A DNA stretch of 64,000 nucleotides from a virus, in the IMG/VR virus record IMGVR_UViG_3300025168_000033, positions 102,533 through 166,532 of that record. One strand, 5' to 3'. Below are positions 1-10,611 of this stretch, piece by piece. Both the position numbers and the translations under genes were made by a program. Each line of letters begins with the position of its first letter. Within the stretch, counting starts at the first letter, position 1. The notes below the pieces were generated by a model. It was given only the letters and a program-made list of their open reading frames with translations. It was not told where the DNA came from and ran no database searches.

Positions 1-2169
1 AGTACTACTAGCACTTCTACCACTTTGACCGCTACCTTGTTCTATAAATATCTTCCCATACATATTTATAGGATTTAATGTATGTCCACTAACAGTCATC
101 GAATCTCGTTTATCCCATAATGTAATAGCTGAGCCTCCGTTTTTGATTCCAGTAGAAGGAGAATAAATATTTAATTTTCCATAAGGATTTGGCGCATAAG
201 CATAAGTACTACCGGATCCTAAAGATGTATGTAGATTCATATCATCTTTAGGATCTTCAGTTTTACTTCCTAAATATAATGTAGATCTATCATTACCATC
301 GCCATTAAACATTATATCACTATAATGCTTTCCAATATTAGTATATTGATTTGTACCAGTATCAAATCCAGGAGAATTTGCAGTCAATTTAATACCACCT
401 GCAATATTTACTTTATCTGTTGTATATTTGGTTCTAGTATATGTAATACCAGATCCAAAATTAAATACTACTGGTTTAGTAGCAGGTGAGCCTGAATAAC
501 CTGGAACACCGTTAGGCAAACCAGATACCGTACCCCAAGTAAAATTATTTGCTGTAGTAGGAACGGTACTGTCATAACTACCATATATTGCCCCAGCAGC
601 ATCACTCGTAGTACCATTCCGTTTAACCTGCTGTATTGCAGTATAATTATTAATATCATATCCTAGAGCCATTCTTGGTCTTATAGAATCATTTCCACTT
701 CCAATAAGAAGAGTTTTATATTGTTGTCCACCAGCAGCAATATCACCGGTTAAAAAATTACTCGGCATACTATGTTTTCCAATAGTAACTCCTTCAAGAA
801 TATTATTATCATCCTGTAATTTTATTCTACCATCGTAACTTCTTATTGCAATAGGTTCTAATAATTTAGTCGAACTAGAACCTAAATCCGTTCCAGCTGC
901 AGTTGGTGTAAAACCAGTACTTGTTCTACTATCACCAGCAACATAAATTTTAAATTCACTTTCATACAATTCACCTTGCCCTGGTCGATTCATATGAATT
1001 CTCCAGCCAGCACCAGATTCTTCATTCTTCCAATAACTATCCCAAAGAATATTGCTACTTACTGCTTCACCACGACCCATAGATAAAGCACCATTTAAAA
1101 TTTTGACAGAATATTGCCAGTGTATACCTGGAGAAGTTGTTAAAGGATCCCCAATTTTTAATGTATTTCTTATTGCAGCTTCACCGCCACGAGTAATACG
1201 AAATTGTTCTACTAACGAAGAACCATTCAAAGTTGTATAATTTATTTTCGCTTCATCAAGAGTAAAATTCTCATCTCGAGTTCCAGTTAATAGCCTTAAA
1301 TTAATATCTCCGTTCGATTTTTCTGTTTGTATTCTTATAGTACCGGTTCCAGATGTGTCACCTACACTTATATTTGCATTTTGATTTTTTGCATTCAAAA
1401 ATACTTTTCCTGATGGTCCCTTTGCATTTAATGTAATATCTCCTTCAGATCCACTTATACTATCAGTTCTAGTACTATCAATAGTAAATCCTGATGCTCC
1501 TTTAAAAATATTTGCATACTTATTAAAATCTGGACTTCCGATAACTGCATCACCAGAAGTATATTCACCACCTAGTCCTAAATAAATACCGGCATTTAAA
1601 TTAGATTGCATTATTAATGCAGTTGGTTGCTCACTTGGACCAGGGGCATTACTAGCAGTTACAGCATCTTCTAAATGTCCAAAAACATGTACATTAACTC
1701 CGGCTTTATTTCCATCGTTAAACCCAAAGAAATCCGGCGTATTACGATCATTAAGAGGGGTGGCAATATCCGTTGCAACATATTCACCACCATTAAGAAC
1801 ACCTTGATATCTTTTTATATCTGCTGAAACTCCGTCAGCACCAGTATCTCCTTTGACACCTTTTATATTTATAGTAGATACCCAAGTTGAACCAGTATAA
1901 TTCCAAACAGTCCCACCAATATCTAATACTTTATCATTAGCTAATGAAGTACTTAAAAAAGTAGCACCACTTGTTCCACTAACATTGCTAGTATTCCATT
2001 GAGATCCTCGAACCCCGTTAGCACCATTAGGTCCTACGGGTCCTGCAATTCCAATAGGTCCTGGGGGTCCGCCTCCGCTCAATATTAATTGATCAAAGTT
2101 AAAATTAAGTTTTTCTATTGCCTGTGATAACGAATCCGATGAGATAAGTTCTTTAATTTGTATTGGCAT
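1..2169 (-). CDS. Tail fibre/virion protein with short collagen-like segment (runs off window edge, >=723 aa)
   Basis: Not in ORF track. ATG at 2169 gives MPIQIKELISSDSLSQAIEKLNFNFDQLILSGGGPPGPIGIAGPVGPNGANGVRG...; the frame is still open at base 1 (ends translated by hand, middle not checked codon by codon). Confidence 0.75.
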   Translation of the reverse strand, partial: MPIQIKELISSDSLSQAIEKLNFNFDQLILSGGGPPGPIGIAGPVGPNGANGVRGSQWNTSNVSGTSGATFLSTSLANDKVLDIGGTVWNYTGSTWVSTINIKGVKGDTGADGVSADIKRYQGVLNGGEYVATDIATPLNDRNTPDFFGFNDGNKAGVNVHVFGHLEDAVTASNAPGPSEQPTALIMQSNLNAGIYLGLGGEYTSGDAVIGSPDFNKYANIFKGASGFTIDSTRTDSISGSEGDITLNAKGPSGKVFLNAKNQNANISVGDTSGTGTIRIQTEKSNGDINLRLLTGTRDENFTLDEAKINYTTLNGSSLVEQFRITRGGEAAIRNTLKIGDPLTTSPGIHWQYSVKILNGALSMGRGEAVSSNILWDSYWKNEESGAGWRIHMNRPGQGELYESEFKIYVAGDSRTSTGFTPTAAGTDLGSSSTKLLEPIAIRSYDGRIKLQDDNNILEGVTIGKHSMPSNFLTGDIAAGGQQYKTLLIGSGNDSIRPRMALGYDINNYTAIQQVKRNGTTSDAAGAIYGSYDSTVPTTANNFTWGTVSGLPNGVPGYSGSPATKPVVFNFGSGITYTRTKYTTDKVNIAGGIKLTANSPGFDTGTNQYTNIGKHYSDIMFNGDGNDRSTLYLGSKTEDPKDDMNLHTSLGSGSTYAYAPNPYGKLNIYSPSTGIKNGGSAITLWDKRDSMTVSGHTLNPINMYGKIFIEQGSGQSGRSASST

Positions 2170-2177
2170 CTATTAAT

Positions 2178-5100
2178 TTATTTTTTTCTTAATAATACCT
2201 TAAGGGAAATTGAAGTTAATTTCCTTTCTTCTGGTATGTTATATATCAATTTAAAATTCAAATTAGAATTAACTAGATTCTGAGTTCTAAAGTTTCTTGT
2301 ATTTTGAAAACTATATATTCTTCTATCAGTATCATTAAGGCCTAATTCTAATAATTCAAAGCTATTGATATTATTTCTATATCGTAATTCACTTAATTCT
2401 ATTGTGTCTATAGAATATACTTTTAAAATATTTTGTTTAATATATGATTTGACATCATCATTTATAGTATCTTTTAATCCTGTTGATAATGCTGGATTAA
2501 CAAATGTAGTAAATACTGATGAAATATTATCACCTATTAAATATTTTTCTAAAGCCTTTTCAATATATACCCATAATTCAACTATTGGCGGATTATTAAA
2601 TGCCAAAGTAGTAGAATCATTATTTGTTCTTCCTGTATTTCCAGAAACTGTTGTATTTTCACCAGTATTTTGAATTCTACTTACAATATCAAAATCAAGA
2701 TCAGACGGTAAAAATAATTCTCTACCTCCTATTTTTGAATCATTAATATCTATATCATTGAATGATTCTAGCTCTATAGTTTCTGGAAGATTCATTATTT
2801 TAGATCCGTAAAAAGATCTTTTTTCAAGCATACTATGAGTACCTTTAATTTTTTTGAATGATGCCTTATCATCATATCTTAAGAAATAATCGTTGCTCCA
2901 ATTAGATAAAGTTGTATCAAAATCAAGATAATTAATAGCAATCTCATTAATCTTTGGATATACTGGATTGAATCCATCTATACGAGTAAGTTCAAGTAAT
3001 CCTTTAGGATTGTTTTCATTTACCTTATTATGATACATGTTTTTTATTTTTGCAAATCCTTCAGCGGCAGTATCAAATGTTACATTATCTATAATACCGT
3101 CGACCTTATCAGCAGCTATTCCTTGATTTGTTAATGCAGGTTTTAATGTAGTAACATCATTCTTATAGAATAAAACATCTTTAAATCTTGGCGTATAATT
3201 ACCATTATATCTTGTAATAGGAGCAACATAAGTTCTATTAAGAAATTCTAATGTAGATCCAATAGAATCCGATGTAGTAGAAAATGTTGTAGGTCTATTA
3301 AAATCTTCAATCGATCCAAATGTAGTTACTTTATTTTCCTGCTCAGGTTTTAATAGCTCAATTAAATATGAATTAGATTTAGCAGCTACGCCAGTAGAAC
3401 CAACGTCCCAGTATTCTATAACTGGATCTCCACTATTAATCTTATCAGCTATTGTTGCAAATGAGATATTATTCATCATTCGTTTATGTGCATTAAATCC
3501 ACCAGGATAAATTGGCGCAGTTGCAACTCTATTATTTAATGAAAGTGGTGATCCACTTGCCCAAATATCATTTGTAATATCAGTAGTAACACCACTAGTT
3601 TCAAGTTCAATAGTTTTACAAATAATAGAATTAGTATAAACTTTTTTAATTCCTTTATATGTAAGCTTATCACCTGAAAAATATGTAATAATAATATCAC
3701 CATATTCACCACCAGCACTTGCATTTATGTCATTTGAAAAATTTGGAATAGATTTATCGAGTCCATCAACTCTACTTAAACCTGGTATTTTAAGTAATCC
3801 AAAAAACGGATCTAATACATCTGTTATTCCATAACAATCTCGTGGTGATCTTGGATCTATTACTGTAAGGCTACCATAAATTTCTAATGTTCCTGATACT
3901 TCAATTGTTTTATATACTGTTGGATCATTTATATCCCCAGTAGCATATAATGCAGCTTTATCATATTTGTGATCTGCAGTATACAGTATTGTCCGATCAA
4001 AATATCTTGACGGTGTACTGGTTGCACTAGCACCTACTGTCGGTTCAAATAATTCATCCTCAAATCCAATACCAATTACAAAAGTTATATGCTTAAATGT
4101 ATCATTCTTAATAAATCTATATCTTAAATTCGAATCATCGTCAAATACAAGAACTGCACTAAATTTATAATCATTAAATTTGTCAGTTGCTTCAGTAATT
4201 ATATCATTAATATTAAATTTAATCTCTTGATCTGTATTACTTTTTTCAGATATTTTAACTTTAATTCCTCTAAAAAATGTTTCTGCAAAATTAGCAGTAT
4301 CACCACCACTAAATATCGAATATTTAAATTTAGTTGGAAATTCTACAGATCCAGCCTTATCTTGTGTGAAATATTCAAGAAATTTATCAACAGTTACATT
4401 ATATAAATCTACAAGATCTAATTCGCTATCAAAATAGCTATATGATTTTTTCTTTTCATCATCAGTCATATATGCAGGATAGCTCTGAAGATAGTACCAT
4501 TCATGTGTATAGAATTTTGGATCCTGATTAAATGCATTAAATGAAGGAGAAAAATTAGAATATCTAAATGCTTCAGATACATCAAATCTATAGTCGTTTT
4601 CTCTAACATCTTTACCTTGATCGTCATAAACCCATTTATTAATAAATGGAATTATTCGTGATTGAGTCGATAAATTAAGATTAATATTTTCATTTAATCT
4701 GTCATATTCATTAACATTATTTAATGTCATTTCACCGCTAAGTTCGTCAATATCACCAGCTAATTTAATAAATCCACCAGAAGTTATAAACTGTGAAGTA
4801 GGTCCTATTAATTTATTTATCGCTGTAACACCAGTACTTCCTATAGCAGCAGCTTCTTGATAAGCTAATAAACTTGTAGGATTTGAATCAACATCGTTAG
4901 TATAATCAGTATTATGGAAATCAAAATCGAAATCTTTTACTGGATACATACTTAAAAATCCAGTTCCATTTTCAACCGTATCATATAATGTAATTTTACG
5001 TCCGCTATTAATTGAAATTACTTGATCCGCATCTTCAATTTGAACAACTCGATATTTATCAAAGTCATTTAATTTTATTATATCAGATCCAAGAGGACCG

Positions 5101-6959
5101 AATGAAGGATTATCTAAATAATGATTTACACTTTTTATTTTACTCCATCCAGTCTGAGTTTTTAAATATTTATCAGTTGTAAGTACAACAATATCTTCAC
5201 TATTTACTACAACATAATTTTCTTTGGAATCTGTTCCGCCAGTAAAAGTCGTTTTTGCAACAAATCCTGTAGTTTCAAGAGCTGTTGATGGTATTACAGT
5301 TGAATAACTTGCGCCTATCGCTGGTACATAATCAACACCAAAAATATTTATTGTATCTGATGAATTTAATTTATATGATTGAATTTCTATTTTATTCCAA
5401 ATGGTATTAACAAATCTTGAATAAACAATAACTTTAGTTCCTACTTCAACTGCTCTAAAAATTTCACGATCACCATCTAATTTAATTATATTATTCAGTG
5501 CCTTTCTTAAAGCAATTGCCACCTGTTCTTTAGTTCCATTTAAACTATATGTTCTTCCAGCAATAGTACCAGCAGGTAATCCTGAAGTTGCTGTAACCGT
5601 ATGTGATAATACTGAATCTTTATGCGTACCATAATCAGAAGGATTATCATAAATTTCTTTTACTCTAATTTGATCACCGCTAAAAGGATTATTTGTTATA
5701 TCAATTATTGCATAAGGGCGACCATAATCTTTTGGTCTAAAAGCATCTATAGAATCAATAGGCTTGGAGAATCCTGTAAATGATTCCCAATTTACAGTTT
5801 TATCATCTATTCTTAATTGAGTGTTATCATCCCATAGACCACCGTTCTTTAAAGAATATAATTTTCCTGTTTTATCTTTTACAAATCCAAATCGTGGAAT
5901 ATTATCAAAATATTCATCTTTTGGAATAACTCCAGACTGTTTATCCAGATAGATTTTTATTCCATTTTCATTTGTTTGTATTTGGGATTCTATATTATCA
6001 GCATATCCAACAGTATCAGATTCCGGCTTTGGTAATTGAATAACTTCATTAGTCCTATCTGCAAATAATGCAGCCCCATTTAATTTAAATTTCCCAATTT
6101 CTTCTGCATTACAGTAGAATCCAAAATATCTATTTATTTCATATTTTTTTGCATCAACATCATCAAATAGAAATTCCATATTTAAGATATTTGCACATAC
6201 TATTCCGTTAGTTTGAAAACCATTTGTAATTAAATTTTCTATTTCCATGATTGTCTTATCACGAATTAAAAGATCCTCATACATGAATGCCTTTTTCTCT
6301 GTCATTTCACCTCTATCAAATGATATTCCGTTCCATGTGGTAAATTCATTTTTTACAAAATTTATATTTATAGGAGCTTCAGGAAACAATTCATCTTTTA
6401 CATGCCTTCTAATATATCTTCCAATATTTGTATTTTCTGTAAGGTCTATAATAGCATGAATTTTACTAGATTCTATAATATTTTTATAAAAATCATTATC
6501 AATACTAGTAGCAGTTGCTGTATATCCGACAGGATCTGGATTCTTAAATACTACGAAATAATCAGGGATATTAAGCGGTTCTAACCATAACGGCGCAAAT
6601 ACTGCAAATTCTTCATTATATAATTTTGAAATTTTTGGATATGCACCGGCGGAATAAGTCATATCATATTGTTCCTTAAAATTAGATTTAACAGATAAAC
6701 TATCATCTTTAATTACGGGTGAATATGCTATAGCTTTAGGGAATTTTCCTTTATCGTAAAAGTTAAAAAGATCTTGTGAATAACTTCCACCACTTACTTT
6801 AAAACCTTTGAATCTTGCATCCGATAATTCTTCAGCTTCATCAAATGATTCCAGAAAGATTTTATCTTTTGAATCTACTACAACTTTAATATTGGTAGTA
6901 AGCTTTGAATTAGTTCTAGTCATCCCAAAGCTTACTTTTTGTAAAATACGTTTAGCCAT
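2178..6959 (-). CDS. Large virion structural protein (baseplate/tail region), 1593 aa
   Basis: Long ORF tightly packed in the operon with baseplate genes; no family motif recognised. Confidence 0.55.
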   Translation of the reverse strand: MAKRILQKVSFGMTRTNSKLTTNIKVVVDSKDKIFLESFDEAEELSDARFKGFKVSGGSYSQDLFNFYDKGKFPKAIAYSPVIKDDSLSVKSNFKEQYDMTYSAGAYPKISKLYNEEFAVFAPLWLEPLNIPDYFVVFKNPDPVGYTATATSIDNDFYKNIIESSKIHAIIDLTENTNIGRYIRRHVKDELFPEAPININFVKNEFTTWNGISFDRGEMTEKKAFMYEDLLIRDKTIMEIENLITNGFQTNGIVCANILNMEFLFDDVDAKKYEINRYFGFYCNAEEIGKFKLNGAALFADRTNEVIQLPKPESDTVGYADNIESQIQTNENGIKIYLDKQSGVIPKDEYFDNIPRFGFVKDKTGKLYSLKNGGLWDDNTQLRIDDKTVNWESFTGFSKPIDSIDAFRPKDYGRPYAIIDITNNPFSGDQIRVKEIYDNPSDYGTHKDSVLSHTVTATSGLPAGTIAGRTYSLNGTKEQVAIALRKALNNIIKLDGDREIFRAVEVGTKVIVYSRFVNTIWNKIEIQSYKLNSSDTINIFGVDYVPAIGASYSTVIPSTALETTGFVAKTTFTGGTDSKENYVVVNSEDIVVLTTDKYLKTQTGWSKIKSVNHYLDNPSFGPLGSDIIKLNDFDKYRVVQIEDADQVISINSGRKITLYDTVENGTGFLSMYPVKDFDFDFHNTDYTNDVDSNPTSLLAYQEAAAIGSTGVTAINKLIGPTSQFITSGGFIKLAGDIDELSGEMTLNNVNEYDRLNENINLNLSTQSRIIPFINKWVYDDQGKDVRENDYRFDVSEAFRYSNFSPSFNAFNQDPKFYTHEWYYLQSYPAYMTDDEKKKSYSYFDSELDLVDLYNVTVDKFLEYFTQDKAGSVEFPTKFKYSIFSGGDTANFAETFFRGIKVKISEKSNTDQEIKFNINDIITEATDKFNDYKFSAVLVFDDDSNLRYRFIKNDTFKHITFVIGIGFEDELFEPTVGASATSTPSRYFDRTILYTADHKYDKAALYATGDINDPTVYKTIEVSGTLEIYGSLTVIDPRSPRDCYGITDVLDPFFGLLKIPGLSRVDGLDKSIPNFSNDINASAGGEYGDIIITYFSGDKLTYKGIKKVYTNSIICKTIELETSGVTTDITNDIWASGSPLSLNNRVATAPIYPGGFNAHKRMMNNISFATIADKINSGDPVIEYWDVGSTGVAAKSNSYLIELLKPEQENKVTTFGSIEDFNRPTTFSTTSDSIGSTLEFLNRTYVAPITRYNGNYTPRFKDVLFYKNDVTTLKPALTNQGIAADKVDGIIDNVTFDTAAEGFAKIKNMYHNKVNENNPKGLLELTRIDGFNPVYPKINEIAINYLDFDTTLSNWSNDYFLRYDDKASFKKIKGTHSMLEKRSFYGSKIMNLPETIELESFNDIDINDSKIGGRELFLPSDLDFDIVSRIQNTGENTTVSGNTGRTNNDSTTLAFNNPPIVELWVYIEKALEKYLIGDNISSVFTTFVNPALSTGLKDTINDDVKSYIKQNILKVYSIDTIELSELRYRNNINSFELLELGLNDTDRRIYSFQNTRNFRTQNLVNSNLNFKLIYNIPEERKLTSISLKVLLRKK

Positions 6960-6961
6960 TA

Positions 6962-9900
6962 CTATTTAGATATGTTTGGTTGACTGCTTAATGTAGTAGT
7001 CAAAGAATCATTCAAATCATTTATAGTATTTTGGAAAGATTTTACTGGTGTATCAGTTACATCTAAATTATTCGATTTATACTTAGCAGTAACAGTGACA
7101 TCAAAAGAAAACCGTTCATCTAATCCATAAAAGACATCGATTCCAAGTGTTTTATTATATATCAATTGATCCAGTTTCGCATTAAGTTTACCACCAACTA
7201 ACCCAAGTTCATCAGTACCATCACCAAAGAAATCAGTCATTCTATATTGAAATACTAGTGGAATACTTAAGCTTTTAGTATTTCCAAAGCTTATTTTCTT
7301 TGTTGATTTTGAACTGCTACCAGCAACACGACCAAATTCATGATCTTGCATCTTAGGAAAGAAGTAAGCACCACAGCTACGACCACCTAATAAATATTGA
7401 TCATTGCTATCAAATCCAGATTTAACACCTCGATTTAATGTGGTATCATAAAATAATGCTGCCTGTTTATTACCATTTGTTTCGGCATTATCTAATCGAG
7501 ATAATATAGTATTTCTGAATTTTATAGGGAATGCTGCTTGCATCAAAAGTGTAGAATATCCAGTAGCAAGGCCAGAATCATATCCTATCTCTTTTGCATC
7601 TATAGCAAAAAACGGATGTAATTTATGAACACCTAAAAGTATATCATAATTTAATATACCAGTTGTAGAATGTTCACTAAGTGCTTCATCTATAGTAGCT
7701 AATGTTGTAGAAGTACCAACCAATGGAGAAATCCAAAAGTTCGAACTACTTCTATCAAATGGCGTAGTTCCAACAGGATAATCAAATTTATCTTCTAAAT
7801 CATCTACGCTTGAAGCTGGTAATGTAGTAAAATTACCATTGGCGTCATTCGCTTTAGGCACACCTGTATCATCAATATCACTATATAGCGACGAAGTTCC
7901 GTCTATATTTGAATATCTAAAATTTATGAATTGTCCTAATGATTGAGAAGACTGAAATGGTAATTCAGACCTAACTGTAGCAAATGGATTAGGTGCTCCA
8001 GTAGTATTAGTAAGTTTCTCAGAAATATTTAATTTATCAATAAGCATAGGAACAACATCATATCTATCCTCAACATTATATGCCGAGTCATTACCGTTAT
8101 ATTTGTAATTTCCTTGTAGTGGATCAATAGTATTCCAAGATGCAATAGGTTTTCTATTAACAGGACCGAAGATTCTAGAATAAAGTTCCATTTCTGAAGC
8201 TCTTTCATTTTCAATAGTTAAGAAATATGTCTTGGTAATAATTACGCCTTTACTTATGCTTAATGCGGCTACTTCATCTTTATAGTTAGGCGCATTAATA
8301 TATAGTTTTCCATTATTTTCTGCACGATATTCATTACCACTTTCATCGATTATTCTAATATTAAGCTGGCCTTTAGTTCTTTCAATTAAATCTCTAACTA
8401 CTTGCAATTCGTCCTGAATTGACTTGATTTTTTCAAACATTGAAATAGGTGTTTGCTGTTCATCAACAAAACCAGAAGCTAATTCCAATCCGCTATGAGC
8501 AAAATACCGTCCGTTAGATTCAGTACTTTCTGATACGTGCCTATAAACACCTTTGGTTTCTAGATCCTCTTGTAATTCAATTCGTACACTTTCTTTAGTA
8601 GCTTCTTCTGTAATATCATCAACACTTATTTGTGATTCTAATTCATCAGGGAAATCTACACGAATAATTTCAGTATATGCAGATTTTGTAGGATTTGCAG
8701 GATATCCTGCTTCAGAAACAGATTTAATTCTAAATTCTATTCCTTCACCTCCTTTAATAGCAAGGTCTAATTGATTAATATTTACCGAATCTGAATTTTC
8801 ATTTTCTTCTACAACCCAACTTACCAATCCGGTATTAGGATCTGTAACTCTTTTTCTAACTGGAGTTTTAATTTCATTCCAAGTAGAAAATGAACCACGT
8901 CTTGTAGAGCCATCAGCCTCAGTAAATTCAATTTGATCAGCTGAATTAGCACCACCATCTTTTGTTACATATCTATATTGAATTTCAAATTGTACTACTT
9001 CCTGTGGTGTAGTTTGATTTGAAAATTTAGCATCAGGCAATGGCCAGAATCCACGTAATCTATATTTTGGTGTTGTACCCGTAATATTAGATTCAATTGT
9101 TTTTGTATTTATATCTCTTACTGAAGATGCATACAATTTTGAACGTGAACTTCTTTGACCTATAAGAGCATTTAATTCATTTCTATCCGCATCTCTTTCA
9201 ACTTTAGATTTATATTTTTTATTTCCTAGCTGAGATTGCTTTTTATTAATTGCAATATCAAATTGTGAAATTTCATTTTTAAGTTTTACCTTTTCAGAAT
9301 GTAATTTCTTGATTTCATCAATTATTGGCGTATCTGTAATGTGTCTATTAATTTGTGTTACTTTAAAATCTGTAGCTGTAATTAATGGTGAACTAGGTAT
9401 TTCTGCTAAAATAGAAGGCACTGTTCCTTCTTTAGCCATTGAAAAAAGAAATGCACCAAAATCTACAACATCATCTTTATAATACTGATCTAGTGTTCTT
9501 GTAGTATTTCCATCATCAATAGTTAAATCATTTGAAAAATATCCAACACCAGGCGACCAGTTAGTTGCTTTAATTTCTGAATCTGGATCGATTGGCTTTA
9601 TAAACATTACTGTTCTTTCATTAAAACCTACATTAACTTCTACAAGACTTGCAGCATTATTATCACCAAAGAAAATAAGATTATCATTTCCAATAGATAT
9701 TTTTTCAAATCCTTCAAGTAATTCAACAGAAACTGTAGAAGTTCCTTCGTCTATTGAAGTAATTTTATATCGTGTATTTCTTGATTCAGAATTAATTACA
9801 ATAGAATCATTGATTTTCAATTGTTGTGTATTAATATATCTTGAATCTCTATCTGAATATGTTAATTTATCTAGCTTAAATTTTAAATCACGTTTAGTAA

Positions 9901-10594
9901 TTTCCTCACCATTTTCCGTAACTGTTATAGGATTATCTAGAATTCTAATTACACTAAAAGTACCGTAAAATTTAAGGTCTCTTGGCGGAAGATTAATTAC
10001 ATCTTGATCTAAAAAGAATAATATTCCTTCCTGAAGTAATGAACTTAAAAATGTATCGTAATCCAGGTTTGATTTTCCTTGAAAATTCTTTTCAAAAAAA
10101 TCTAATTTTTTATCTGTATCTAATGTTAAAATATATCTTGCGGTTTCTACTCTTTCAGTATTTGATTTAATTTGAACACCAAAATCGAATGAAACAAAAA
10201 GTAAAGGATTTAAAAATGATTCAAAAAACCAATTTGCTCTTGATCCAAAAGATGTCGGCGTAGAAATAGTTTTAATATCATTAGCTTCCTTTTTTAATGA
10301 ATCCTGTAGAACTTTTCTAAAAGATCCGTCAGCTAATTGTAATACTGAATTTGAACTACCTAACCCTGAAAGAGACTCAACATTTTGATCAAGTCTTTCA
10401 ATTTGTGATTGTAATTTTCCAAATGATGGAATTACAACTTTTTTAATTACATTATTTTCATCAAGTATATCAATTTCTACAGTATCAGATTTAGATGAAA
10501 CTACATCAGATAACTTGTTAACTATTTCTAACCCGTTTTTCTGAACTTTAATAAGATCAGAAAGTAAAGTAGATAATGAATTTTTAGTAGGCAT
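6962..10594 (-). CDS. Large virion structural protein with coiled coils and an FN3-like segment, 1210 aa
   Basis: Heptad segments; VVQFEIQYRY...IEFRIKSVSEAG resembles FN3 strands; structural context. Confidence 0.5.
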   Translation of the reverse strand: MPTKNSLSTLLSDLIKVQKNGLEIVNKLSDVVSSKSDTVEIDILDENNVIKKVVIPSFGKLQSQIERLDQNVESLSGLGSSNSVLQLADGSFRKVLQDSLKKEANDIKTISTPTSFGSRANWFFESFLNPLLFVSFDFGVQIKSNTERVETARYILTLDTDKKLDFFEKNFQGKSNLDYDTFLSSLLQEGILFFLDQDVINLPPRDLKFYGTFSVIRILDNPITVTENGEEITKRDLKFKLDKLTYSDRDSRYINTQQLKINDSIVINSESRNTRYKITSIDEGTSTVSVELLEGFEKISIGNDNLIFFGDNNAASLVEVNVGFNERTVMFIKPIDPDSEIKATNWSPGVGYFSNDLTIDDGNTTRTLDQYYKDDVVDFGAFLFSMAKEGTVPSILAEIPSSPLITATDFKVTQINRHITDTPIIDEIKKLHSEKVKLKNEISQFDIAINKKQSQLGNKKYKSKVERDADRNELNALIGQRSSRSKLYASSVRDINTKTIESNITGTTPKYRLRGFWPLPDAKFSNQTTPQEVVQFEIQYRYVTKDGGANSADQIEFTEADGSTRRGSFSTWNEIKTPVRKRVTDPNTGLVSWVVEENENSDSVNINQLDLAIKGGEGIEFRIKSVSEAGYPANPTKSAYTEIIRVDFPDELESQISVDDITEEATKESVRIELQEDLETKGVYRHVSESTESNGRYFAHSGLELASGFVDEQQTPISMFEKIKSIQDELQVVRDLIERTKGQLNIRIIDESGNEYRAENNGKLYINAPNYKDEVAALSISKGVIITKTYFLTIENERASEMELYSRIFGPVNRKPIASWNTIDPLQGNYKYNGNDSAYNVEDRYDVVPMLIDKLNISEKLTNTTGAPNPFATVRSELPFQSSQSLGQFINFRYSNIDGTSSLYSDIDDTGVPKANDANGNFTTLPASSVDDLEDKFDYPVGTTPFDRSSSNFWISPLVGTSTTLATIDEALSEHSTTGILNYDILLGVHKLHPFFAIDAKEIGYDSGLATGYSTLLMQAAFPIKFRNTILSRLDNAETNGNKQAALFYDTTLNRGVKSGFDSNDQYLLGGRSCGAYFFPKMQDHEFGRVAGSSSKSTKKISFGNTKSLSIPLVFQYRMTDFFGDGTDELGLVGGKLNAKLDQLIYNKTLGIDVFYGLDERFSFDVTVTAKYKSNNLDVTDTPVKSFQNTINDLNDSLTTTLSSQPNISK

Positions 10595-10611
10595 GTAAGG
10601 TTGTTTTTATT